From: an uncultured Desulfocurvus sp.
GTDB taxonomy: Bacteria; Desulfobacterota; Desulfovibrionia; Desulfovibrionales; Desulfovibrionaceae
Direction of reading: 5' to 3'
NCBI GenBank assembly: GCA_964390575.1
Contig: CAYMIP010000004.1
Span: forward strand, 2,262-66,261
Length of the DNA: 64,000 nt
The position numbers were made by a program, and so were the translations under genes. Below, one piece after another: positions 27,976-41,318 of the stretch; position 1 is the first letter of the stretch; the number at the start of each line of letters is the position of its first letter. The notes beneath the pieces were generated by a model. It was not told the DNA's origin. It did no database searches and saw only the letters and a program-made list of their open reading frames with translations.

Positions 27976-28125
27976 GTGCGCCAAAAGGCGGTCCGCTGCC
28001 GCCTGTGCCCCACGGCAAAAGCAGTTGCGCAGCCACCCCAGCCCTGGGTCAGGGCGCGGTGCTGCCCGGATGCTGTAATTTTATTAGCGATAGAGCGATG
28101 TTGTGAAAAAGGAGGGGGCTGGGTG

Positions 28126-29202
28126 ATGAGCATGGACCCACGGGCCTACGGCGGCAAGTTTTTGCCGCATGACCTGGACGCCGACCCCGAAGCGCGCGCC
28201 GCCATGAACGAGGCCGGGCTGCTCTTCCGCTCCGATGCCATGCGTGCCCTGTACCGCGTGGCCATCCAGGTGGCCGGGTCCGATGCCCCGGTGCTGCTCA
28301 CCGGGGAGTCCGGCACGGGCAAGGAGCTGTTCGCCCGCCTCCTGCACACCTTAAGCAACCGCAGCGGGCGGCCCTTTGTGCCTGTGAACTGCGGCGTGCT
28401 CTCGGGCGAACTCTTTGCCGACAAGTTCTTCGGGCACGAATCCGGGGCCTTCACCGGGGCCGTGCGCCTGCAAAAGGGCAGCTTCGAACTGACCGGGGAC
28501 GGCACCCTGTTTCTGGACGAGGTGGGGGAGATCCCGCTCGCCAACCAGGTGGATTTCCTGCGCGTGCTGGAGGAGCGCAGCTTCAAGCGCCTGGGCGGAG
28601 AGAAGGACCTGGGCTTCCGCGCCCGCATCGTCACCGCCACCAACCGCTCCCTGCCGGACATGGTGCGCTCCGGCCACTTCCGCGCCGACCTGTTCTACCG
28701 CCTGAACGTCATCCCCATCGCCCTGCCCTCCCTGCGCGAGCGCCGCGAGGACATTGCGCCCCTGGCCGAGTACTTCCTCTGGCTTTTCGGGCACCACTAC
28801 CACAGGCCGAACCTCAGCCTCTCGTCCGGGGCCCTGGGGCTGCTCACCCGGCACAACTGGCCGGGCAACGTGCGCGAGCTCAAGAATCTCATGGAGCGCG
28901 TGGCCCTGCTGCACAAGGGCGAGGCCCCGGTCCGGGCCCAGGATCTGCCCCTGGAGATGCGCCTGGAGCTGGGTGAAGAGCTGCCCCCGGACCTGTGCCG
29001 CGAGGGGCTGGCCGGGGCTGGCCCTGGCGCAGATGACGCAGCGGGGTTCAATCTGGAGGCCGTGGTGCGCCGGGCGGAGATCGCCGCCATGATCGGGGCC
29101 TACAAGGCCACGGGGCGCAGCAAGCAGCGCACTGCGGAGCTGCTCGGCATCAGCCCGCGCACCCTGCGCCACAAGCTGGCGCAATACGAGCTCAAGCTGT
29201 AG
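28126..29202 (+). CDS. Sigma-54-dependent activator, AAA+ plus Fis-HTH only (no N-terminal sensory domain)
   Basis: About 35 aa precede 'VLLTGESGTGKE'. Intact 'FFGHESGAFTGA', 'GTLFLDEVGE', 'IVTATNRS' and 'GNVRELKN'. C-terminal 'RSKQRTAELLGISPRTLRHKL'. AGGAGG SD before ATG 28126. Confidence 0.88.
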   Translation: MSMDPRAYGGKFLPHDLDADPEARAAMNEAGLLFRSDAMRALYRVAIQVAGSDAPVLLTGESGTGKELFARLLHTLSNRSGRPFVPVNCGVLSGELFADKFFGHESGAFTGAVRLQKGSFELTGDGTLFLDEVGEIPLANQVDFLRVLEERSFKRLGGEKDLGFRARIVTATNRSLPDMVRSGHFRADLFYRLNVIPIALPSLRERREDIAPLAEYFLWLFGHHYHRPNLSLSSGALGLLTRHNWPGNVRELKNLMERVALLHKGEAPVRAQDLPLEMRLELGEELPPDLCREGLAGAGPGADDAAGFNLEAVVRRAEIAAMIGAYKATGRSKQRTAELLGISPRTLRHKLAQYELKL

Positions 29203-29264
29203 GAGCTGGCCGTGCGGCGGCAAAAGGGCGTTGCGCCCTGCTTCGGCCGTCCCCGTCCTTGGCC

Positions 29265-29794
29265 CTAGCCCTCCGGGGTCAGCTGCGCGATGTGCCGGGC
29301 GTAGGCCGGGTAGGCGGCCTGGAGTTCGGCGCGCTGGCCATGCTCGTAATCCTCGAACTCGAAGCCCGGCGACACGGTGCAGCCGAGCAGGGCGAAGCGC
29401 CCGCCGGGCCGAAGCCGCGTGCCCTGCCAGACCCCGCGCCGGACCACGGCCTGGGGCCGCTGCCCGGCCAGGATGTCGCCGCCGAGGGTCAGGGTCTGGC
29501 CGGAGCCGTCGGGGCAGAGCTGGAGCATCTCCACGGGGTCGCCCAGGTAGAAGTGGAAGATTTCGGTGCTGGCCACGCGGTGCAGGGCGGAGAAGCACGC
29601 GGGCGTGATCAGGTAGTAGATGGCCGTGGCGCAGCGCCGGGGGCCGCTCTGGCGGCCGGGCATGGTTCCGCCGGGGATGACGCCGCCAGAACGGTATGTT
29701 TCGGCGTACAGGCCGCCCTCCTCGGGCAGGGGCGTCAGCCCCAAGGCGCGGATCAGGGCTGCGACATGGGCCTCGGAGCCCCATTCCGGGCTGC

Positions 29795-29798
<4 letters not shown>
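29265..29798 (-). CDS. Cupin-superfamily protein (DUF985-like)
   Basis: 'LGLTPLPEEGGLYAETYRS...TAIYYLI...FSALHRVASTEIFHFYLGDPVEM...GCTVSPGFEFEDYE' matches the DUF985 cupin pattern. GTG start overlaps the upstream kinase stop (GTGA). Confidence 0.75.
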
Positions 29799-35143
<5,345 letters not shown>

Positions 35144-35345
35144 TGTGTTCTCGCCCCCCGGCTTGTGGCCGACGGCCGGTTCGGGTCCGCCCGCCTTCTG
35201 CCCGTGTGTCGCCAAGACCTTCGCACTTTGGCCTGCCGGAGCAGGGGGGGCGGACCGTGGCTGGATGTCTGGTCTGCCCTGGCGGCAGAGAACGCGAATC
35301 TAGCAAAATACGTAGCCGCGCACAAGGGCGCGCCGGGAATTCCCG

Positions 35346-36356
35346 CTACTGGCTGTAAGCCGGGGTCCAGAGGTAGTACATGCCGGCCCGGGGCGGCAGC
35401 AGGCCGTCCAGGTCCAGGTGCAGGAGCGCCGGGCCGGCGTCCCCGGCCTCCACGCCGGGCAGGTAGTACGTGCCGTCGGCCGCCGGGCGGCGGCGGTAGG
35501 CCACGACCTTGGCGTCCTTGGGCAGCCCGGCCAGGCTCCTGGCTGTGCCCAGGGCGTCGTCCAGGTAGCCCACGGAGTCGATCAGGCCCAGCTCCTTGGC
35601 TTCATCTGCGCTGAACACCCGGGCCGAGGACACGACGCCCAAAGCAGCGGGCGCGAGCCTGCGGTGCTGCTGCACCAGGTCCAGAAAGCGCGCGGCCTGG
35701 GCCTGGGTCATGGCTGCGGTGAGCTTCTTTTCCTCCTCGGTGGCCGGGCGGAAGGGCGAGCCCATGTCCTTGAGCGGGCCGGACTTGGTCACGTCCACGC
35801 CCAGGCCGATCTTGTCCATGAGCCCGGCCACGCGCGGCTGCAAAAAGATGACGCCCACGCTGCCGGTGATGGTGGTGGGGTGGGCCATGATGTGGTCTGC
35901 GGGCAGGGCCACGTAATAGCCGCCCGAGGCCGCCAGGCCCATCATGGCCGCCACCAGCGTGGCCTTGCTCTCGGCCTTGTAGGCCATGAGCTCATGGTAC
36001 AGGATGTCGCTGGCCGTGGTGGTGCCGCCGGGGGAGTCGATCTTGAGCACCACGGCCTTGATGGCCTTGTCCTTGCGGGCCAGCCTCAGCTGCGCCACCA
36101 GCTCCTGCACGCTGCTGGGCCGGGTGCGCAGCAGGCCCTCGCGCGCGTGCTCGCTGATCAGCCCGTCGAGGCCCAGGAGCAGGATCTTGTCCTGGCCCTG
36201 GCCCTCCAGCACCTGCTCCTTGTAGGGCGCGCCGGGGTCGCCGAAGAGGTCGACCTTGACCTGCACGCACCCGCCCAGGGCAGAGCAGACGAGGGCCAGG
36301 CAGGCCAGGGTCAGGCCGGCGGTCATCAGGCGGGCGGAGAACAGGGGACGCGGCAT
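35346..36356 (-). CDS. sppA: Signal peptide peptidase SppA (36K type), lipoprotein-type signal
   Basis: 'VVLKIDSPGGTTTASDILYHEL...GLAASGGYYVALPADHIMAHPTTITGSVGV' ClpP/SppA S49 motifs. N-terminal 'LVCSALGGC' lipobox. Confidence 0.9.
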   Translation of the reverse strand: MPRPLFSARLMTAGLTLACLALVCSALGGCVQVKVDLFGDPGAPYKEQVLEGQGQDKILLLGLDGLISEHAREGLLRTRPSSVQELVAQLRLARKDKAIKAVVLKIDSPGGTTTASDILYHELMAYKAESKATLVAAMMGLAASGGYYVALPADHIMAHPTTITGSVGVIFLQPRVAGLMDKIGLGVDVTKSGPLKDMGSPFRPATEEEKKLTAAMTQAQAARFLDLVQQHRRLAPAALGVVSSARVFSADEAKELGLIDSVGYLDDALGTARSLAGLPKDAKVVAYRRRPAADGTYYLPGVEAGDAGPALLHLDLDGLLPPRAGMYYLWTPAYSQ

Positions 36357-36380
36357 GAGTGCCTCCAGCGGGTGTCCGGT

Positions 36381-37121
36381 TCAGGGGGCCGTGGCCAGGG
36401 CATAGCCCAGCCCGGCGGAAATTTCGCCCAGGATGATGGCCGCGCCCAGGAAGTCGCCGTTGACCCCGCCGACGGCGGAAACGAGCCTGCGCAGCGGCGT
36501 GAGCAGGATCAGGGCGGCGGCCACGGCCCAGAGCGCGGCAAAGGGGCGCAGCCAGAGCGCCGGGGCCAGGGCGGCGGCCAGCGCCCAGAGCGCGGCGGGC
36601 GCGTTCGCCCCGGCCAGAAACAGCCCGCCCAGGCCAGGCCGCGCGTAGCCCCGCGTTGTCCAGCCAAAGACCACGGCGCAGGCGCGGCCAAAGACCACGG
36701 CCCAGATGACGGCCCACCAGTCCCCGGCGCGCAGCATCTCGCTCAAAAGCACGCCCTGCCCGCCCAGGGCCAGGACCAGGGCGGCCACGCCAAAGGCCCC
36801 GCAGCGGCTGTCCTTGACGATGGCCCAGAAGCGCTCCGGCTCCACGTGGGCTGCGGCCCCGTCGGCCACGTCGGACAGCCCGTCCAGGTGCAGCCCGCGC
36901 GTGACCCAGGCCAGCAGCAGCACGGCCAGCCAGGCCTGGATGAGCGGCCGGCCCGCGAACAGCCCCAGGGCCGCCGGGGCGGCGATCACCGCGCCGATGA
37001 CCAGCCCGCTTAGTGGCAGGTGGAACATGGCCCGGCGTAAGGAGTCTTCGGGCAGCACGCGGGCCGGGGCCAGCCGCGAAAGAAAGCCCAGGGTGGCCAG
37101 GAATCGTGCGGGCGCGCTCAC
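36381..37121 (-). CDS. cobS: Adenosylcobinamide-GDP ribazoletransferase (cobalamin synthase)
   Basis: 'FLSRLP...LPLSGLVIG...TRGLHLDGLSDVADG...DSRCGAFGV' CobS motifs on a polytopic membrane protein. GTG start overlaps the upstream stop (GTGA). Confidence 0.88.
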   Translation of the reverse strand: MSAPARFLATLGFLSRLAPARVLPEDSLRRAMFHLPLSGLVIGAVIAAPAALGLFAGRPLIQAWLAVLLLAWVTRGLHLDGLSDVADGAAAHVEPERFWAIVKDSRCGAFGVAALVLALGGQGVLLSEMLRAGDWWAVIWAVVFGRACAVVFGWTTRGYARPGLGGLFLAGANAPAALWALAAALAPALWLRPFAALWAVAAALILLTPLRRLVSAVGGVNGDFLGAAIILGEISAGLGYALATAP

Positions 37122-37933
37122 GGCTTTTGCTGCTCCGGGCCTTCAGTGTACAGGATGCGCACCGGGTCGCCGGGGCGCAGGGTCAGCCGCGTGGCCGCCG
37201 AGTCCTGGTTGACCGCCAGCTCGTAGAAGCCCTGGCTGCCCAGGAGCAGGCCCGCCTCGCCGGGCCCAAGCTCGGCGTAGGCGCGCACCCGGCGCAGGTC
37301 CAGCCGCTCGCCCGGCCCCAGGGACAGCCCGGCCACCGGGCCGGCAAAGAGGAAGCCCTGGCGCAGGGAGAGCACGCAGTTGCCGAAATGGTCCACGTGC
37401 AGCACATGCGCCAGCACGGCCCCGTCCTCGGCCAGGGGTGCGGCCCAGGTCTGCTGCAGCACGGCCTTCCGCTCCAGCGGCGTTCCGAGGGACTCCAGGG
37501 TCTCCCCGCCGGAGAGCCGCGCGGCCAGGGGCGCAAAAACGTCGCGGCCATGGAAGGTGGCCGAGAGGCCATAGTCGGCGGCAATGGCCGAGAGGTCGAA
37601 GATGCGGACCGCGGGCAGGCCGGGGGTGTCCAGCAGCAGGTCCAGGAGCCCGCCGTCCGGGGCCAGGTAGCTCTGGCTGCGGACCTGCGCGCCCAGAATC
37701 CTGCGGCTGGTGCCCACGCGCGGGTCCACCACGCAGAGGAACACCGTGTCGGCCGGGAAGTGCGGGGCGCTGGCGGCCAGGAAGAAGGCCGCCTGGGCCG
37801 TGCCAAAGGGCTCCACCTGGTGGCTGATGTCGAGCAGCGGCGCGCCCGGGGCCAGGCGCGTCAGCGCGGCGTGCATCTGGCCCACGTAGGGGTCGGTGAG
37901 GCCGAAGTCGGTCAACAGGGCGATGGGTCGCAT
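37118..37933 (-). CDS. SAM hydroxide adenosyltransferase / chlorinase-fluorinase family protein (DUF62)
   Basis: 'IALLTDFGLTDPYVGQMHAAL...ISHQVEPF...VVDPRVGTSRR...HVDHFGNCV' typical DUF62 motifs. ATG 37933. Confidence 0.85.
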   Translation of the reverse strand: MRPIALLTDFGLTDPYVGQMHAALTRLAPGAPLLDISHQVEPFGTAQAAFFLAASAPHFPADTVFLCVVDPRVGTSRRILGAQVRSQSYLAPDGGLLDLLLDTPGLPAVRIFDLSAIAADYGLSATFHGRDVFAPLAARLSGGETLESLGTPLERKAVLQQTWAAPLAEDGAVLAHVLHVDHFGNCVLSLRQGFLFAGPVAGLSLGPGERLDLRRVRAYAELGPGEAGLLLGSQGFYELAVNQDSAATRLTLRPGDPVRILYTEGPEQQKP

Positions 37934-37934
37934 G

Positions 37935-38822
37935 TCAGTAGACCTTCCTTTTCGAGAAGCCCTGGCCCAGCACGTGGAAGCCCGAGCCCATGATGGTGAA
38001 CGCGCCGGGGTCGATCTCGTAGACGAGCTCCTCCAGGCGCTTGCACTCAAGGTTGTTGAGCATGGTCAGGACCACCTTGCGGGACTCCCCGCTCCAGCCC
38101 CCCCGGGCTTCGAGCACCGTGGCCCCGCGCCCCAGGCGGTGCAGCACGGCCTGGACAATGGCCTCCGGGTGCTCGGAGATGACCAGCGCCATGCGCCGCT
38201 CGCTGAACAGGGTCAGGCAGGCGTCGGCCACCCAGCCCACCAGGAAGTTCATGGCCACGGAGTAGAGCACGGCCTCCAGCTTCAAAAAGGCCAGGCCCAA
38301 GGCGAACACGCCCAGGTTGAACAGGAACTCGAAGCGGCCGATGGGCATGTTGTAGCGCTCGCGCACGATGACGGCCAGGATGTCCGCGCCGCCGGTGGAG
38401 CCCAGCGAGCGCAGGGCCACGCCGACGCCAGCGCCGAGGGTCACGCCGCAGGCGATGACCGCCAGCCAGGGGTCGCTCACGGGCAGGATGTAGGTGATGC
38501 GGTCGATGAGCAGGCTGGTGGCGGCCATGCCAAACAGGCTGTAAAGCACGAAGCGGCGGCTGACCAGCTTCAGGCCCAGGAGCATGATGGGCACGTTGAG
38601 CAGGAAGTACCAGGCGCCGGGCTGAAGCTCTGGCGCCATGTAGTAGCACAACAGGCCCAGGCCCGAGACTCCGCCCGTGAGCAGGCCGTGGGGCACGGCC
38701 ACGGACTTCACGGCAAAGGCCACCAGGGCCGAACCAGCCGTGAGCAGGAGCAGGTTCCAGGGCACGGTGAAGGCGTAGCGCCGGAGGCTTTGGCGCGGGT
38801 GTGCGTCGCTCGTGTTCGTCAT
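37935..38822 (-). CDS. YitT-family membrane protein (with C-terminal DUF2179)
   Basis: 'FAVKSVAVPHGLLTGGVSGLGLL', 'GSTGGADILAVIV' and C-terminal 'GATVLEARGGWSGESRKVVLTML...EIDPGAFTIM'. Confidence 0.85.
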   Translation of the reverse strand: MTNTSDAHPRQSLRRYAFTVPWNLLLLTAGSALVAFAVKSVAVPHGLLTGGVSGLGLLCYYMAPELQPGAWYFLLNVPIMLLGLKLVSRRFVLYSLFGMAATSLLIDRITYILPVSDPWLAVIACGVTLGAGVGVALRSLGSTGGADILAVIVRERYNMPIGRFEFLFNLGVFALGLAFLKLEAVLYSVAMNFLVGWVADACLTLFSERRMALVISEHPEAIVQAVLHRLGRGATVLEARGGWSGESRKVVLTMLNNLECKRLEELVYEIDPGAFTIMGSGFHVLGQGFSKRKVY

Positions 38823-38947
38823 GGCGGCAGTGTACGGGATTCAGCCATGCAGGGAAAGGGCCGCGCCAGGGGCGGGATACAGGCCAACACTTGGCCGCCG
38901 GAGTGTTTCCGGCGGACCACGCAGGTGGCAGCGTCTGGTCTCCCGTC

Positions 38948-39313
38948 CTACATGGCGTGGATCATGCGGGAGACGCTCAGGCACTCGGCGTGGTGCGCGC
39001 AGCCGCCCTGGTCGCAGTAGCCGTTTGCGGCCCGGCCGAAGCAGTCGAAATGACCCTCTTGGCGCTGCACCAGGCGCACGGCTTCCACCCGCGCCAGCAT
39101 GGCCTCCTGGCTGGACTTCTTCTTGGCCGGGGCCTTGGCCGCGGGCTTGGCCGCGGGCTTGGCCGCAGCAGGCTTGGCCTTGGCTGCGGGCTTGGCCGCA
39201 GCAGGCTTGGCCTTGGCCGACGCCTTGGCTACAGCAGGTTTGGCCGCAGCAGGCTTGGCCTTGGCTGGCGCCTTGGCCGCTCCCTTGGCGGGTTGCGCTT
39301 TCATCATGCTCAT
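38948..39313 (-). CDS. Histone-H1-like Ala/Lys/Pro-repeat protein with a C-terminal Cys4 domain
   Basis: 'KAQPAKGAAKAPAKAKPAAAKPAVAKASAKAKPAAAKPAAKAKPAAAKPAAKPAAKAPAKKK', then 'GHFDCFGRAANGYCDQGGCAHHAEC' (C-x8-C-x4-C-x5-C). GGAGCAGGAG SD. Confidence 0.75.
   Translation of the reverse strand: MSMMKAQPAKGAAKAPAKAKPAAAKPAVAKASAKAKPAAAKPAAKAKPAAAKPAAKPAAKAPAKKKSSQEAMLARVEAVRLVQRQEGHFDCFGRAANGYCDQGGCAHHAECLSVSRMIHAM
39121..39290 (-). repeat. Coding tandem repeats (AKP repeats); 27-nt unit TTGGCCGCAGCAGGCTTGGCCTTGGC x3
   Basis: Identical 27-mers at 39159, 39192 and 39239, embedded in degenerate 12-15-nt GGCTTGGCCGC(R) units. All lie inside the H1-like CDS. Confidence 0.85.
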
Positions 39314-39514
39314 GTCGCTCCTGCTCCTCTCGGTTGGGGATGAAGGGCATGGGATATACGGACCAAGAATACGACATTGCCGGGAGCATGCAAGCAGTTT
39401 CTACAGCCGGGAACCGTTTTAAACGTATTTCCTGCGCCGGGACGGCCCTGCCTTGCAAATCCGCGCCGATTTCACTAGACCAGGGGCACCAACCGAACCC
39501 ATCTGGAGCAGACC

Positions 39515-40795
39515 ATGAACGTGCTTGTTGTGGGCTCCGGCGGCAGGGAGCACGCCCTGTGCTGGAAGCTTAAAAATTCACCCCGGGTGAGCCGCGTCCT
39601 GGCTGCGCCCGGCAATGGCGGCACCGCCCGCGAGGCCGTGAACGTGGCCGTAAAGGACGACGACATCGCTGGGCTGGTGGCCCTGGCCAAGGCCGAGAAC
39701 GTGGGCCTGGTGGTGGTCGGGCCGGAGGCCCCGCTGGTGCTCGGCCTGGCCGACGCCCTGGCCCGGGAGGGCATCCCCTGCTTCGGCCCCTGCGCCTATG
39801 CCGCGCAGCTTGAGGGCAGCAAGGCCTTTGCCAAGGCCGTCATGCGCGCCTCTGGCGTGCCCACGGCGGACTTCCAGGTCTTTGACGAGCCCGAGGCGGC
39901 CAAGGCCTACGTGCGGCGGCAGGGCGCGCCCCTGGTGGTCAAGGCCGACGGCTTGGCTGCGGGCAAGGGCGTGGTCGTGGCCCAAAGCGTGGACGAGGCG
40001 TGCGCCGCCATCGACGACATGATGGTGCAGAGGAGCTTCGGCGCGGCGGGCGCGCGCGTGGTGGTGGAGGAGGCCCTGCAGGGCGAGGAGGCCTCGTTTC
40101 TGGCCTTCTGCGACGGCGAGAATTTCGCGCTTCTGCCCTCGGCCCAGGACCACAAGGCCGCTTTCGAGGGCGACAGCGGCCCCAACACCGGCGGCATGGG
40201 CGCCTACAGCCCGGCCCCGGTGCTGCCCGAGGCCAAGTACGCCGAGACCGCCGAGCTCTGCATCCGGCCCATCTTGCAGCACCTCAAGGCAGTCGGCCAC
40301 CCCTTCAAGGGTGTGCTCTACGCCGGGCTCATGTTCACCCAAAAGGGGCCCATGGTGCTGGAGTACAACGTGCGCTTCGGCGATCCCGAGTGCCAGCCCC
40401 TGCTGATGCGCCTGGACAGCGAGCTGGTGGACATCATGCTGGCCTGCGCCGAGGGCCGGCTGACCCCGGACATGGTGCGCGTGCGGCCCGAGACCGCCAT
40501 CTGCGTGGTCCTGGCCGCGCCCGGCTATCCCGGCAGCTACCCCAAGGGCATGGAGATACACGGGCTGGACGCGGCCGACGCCATTCCTGGCGTTAAAGTG
40601 TTCCAGGCCGGGACAAAGATCCAAGACGGGAAGACCGTCACCAGCGGCGGGCGCGTGCTGGGCGTCACGGCCCTGGGCGCGCCGCTTTCCGAGGCCAAGG
40701 CGAGAGCCTACGAGGCCGTGGCCAGGGTCCATTTCGAGGGCTGCTTTTTCCGCCGCGACATCGGCGACAAGGGCATTGCCCGCAGCAAGCAGTAG
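39515..40795 (+). CDS. purD: Phosphoribosylamine--glycine ligase
   Basis: 'MNVLVVGSGGREHALCWKL...APGNGGTA...VVKADGLAAGKGVVV...' is a full-length PurD pattern. Confidence 0.95.
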   Translation: MNVLVVGSGGREHALCWKLKNSPRVSRVLAAPGNGGTAREAVNVAVKDDDIAGLVALAKAENVGLVVVGPEAPLVLGLADALAREGIPCFGPCAYAAQLEGSKAFAKAVMRASGVPTADFQVFDEPEAAKAYVRRQGAPLVVKADGLAAGKGVVVAQSVDEACAAIDDMMVQRSFGAAGARVVVEEALQGEEASFLAFCDGENFALLPSAQDHKAAFEGDSGPNTGGMGAYSPAPVLPEAKYAETAELCIRPILQHLKAVGHPFKGVLYAGLMFTQKGPMVLEYNVRFGDPECQPLLMRLDSELVDIMLACAEGRLTPDMVRVRPETAICVVLAAPGYPGSYPKGMEIHGLDAADAIPGVKVFQAGTKIQDGKTVTSGGRVLGVTALGAPLSEAKARAYEAVARVHFEGCFFRRDIGDKGIARSKQ

Positions 40796-40805
40796 GGAGG
40801 TCAGC

Positions 40806-41318
40806 ATGGTGAAGGTTGCTGTGTTCATGGGCAGCGCGTCCGACGAGGACCTGATGAAGCCCTGCGCCGAGGTTTTGCACAGGCTCGGCATCGACTACGT
40901 GTTCACCGTGACCTCCGCCCACCGCACGCCGGAGCGCACCGAGCGCCTGGTGGCCGAGCTGGAGGCCCAGGGCTGCCAGGTCTTCATCTGCGCGGCGGGC
41001 ATGGCCGCACACCTGGCCGGGGCCGTGGCCGCGCGCACCACCAAACCCGTGCTGGGCGTGCCGCTCAATGCCTCGCCCCTGGGCGGCATGGACGCGCTCC
41101 TGGCCACGGTGCAGATGCCGCCCGGCTTCCCCGTGGGCACCCTGGCGCTGGACAAGGCCGGGGCCAGGAACGCCGCCTGGCTGGCCGCCCAGATCCTGGC
41201 CCTCAGCGACCCGGCCCTGGCCGGGCGCATCCGCGCCGAGCGCGCCGGGTTCATCACCTCGGTGGAGCAGGCCGCAGCCAAGGTGGAGGCCGCCGATGCC
41301 GGACGCCGCGCCAAGTAG
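40806..41318 (+). CDS. purE: N5-carboxyaminoimidazole ribonucleotide mutase (PurE)
   Basis: 'VAVFMGSASDEDLM...VTSAHRTPER...ICAAGMAAHLAGAVAARTTKPVLGVP'. AGGGAGG SD before ATG 40806. Confidence 0.92.
   Translation: MVKVAVFMGSASDEDLMKPCAEVLHRLGIDYVFTVTSAHRTPERTERLVAELEAQGCQVFICAAGMAAHLAGAVAARTTKPVLGVPLNASPLGGMDALLATVQMPPGFPVGTLALDKAGARNAAWLAAQILALSDPALAGRIRAERAGFITSVEQAAAKVEAADAGRRAK

Noticed and set aside
39121-39290. Tandem 12-27-nt repeats that might be a non-coding satellite or CRISPR-like array.
   Set aside because: They lie entirely within, and in frame with, the AKP-repeat region of the H1-like CDS, which has a strong SD and a structured C-terminal domain.
41068-41295. N-terminal 76-aa extension of the moaA ORF (likewise the extensions at 27919-28125, 27799-27984, 37934-38050 and 2878-2931).
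   Set aside because: The extensions overlap neighbouring genes or intergenic DNA, are Trp/Pro/Arg-rich, and precede internal ATGs with good SD sequences where family homology begins.
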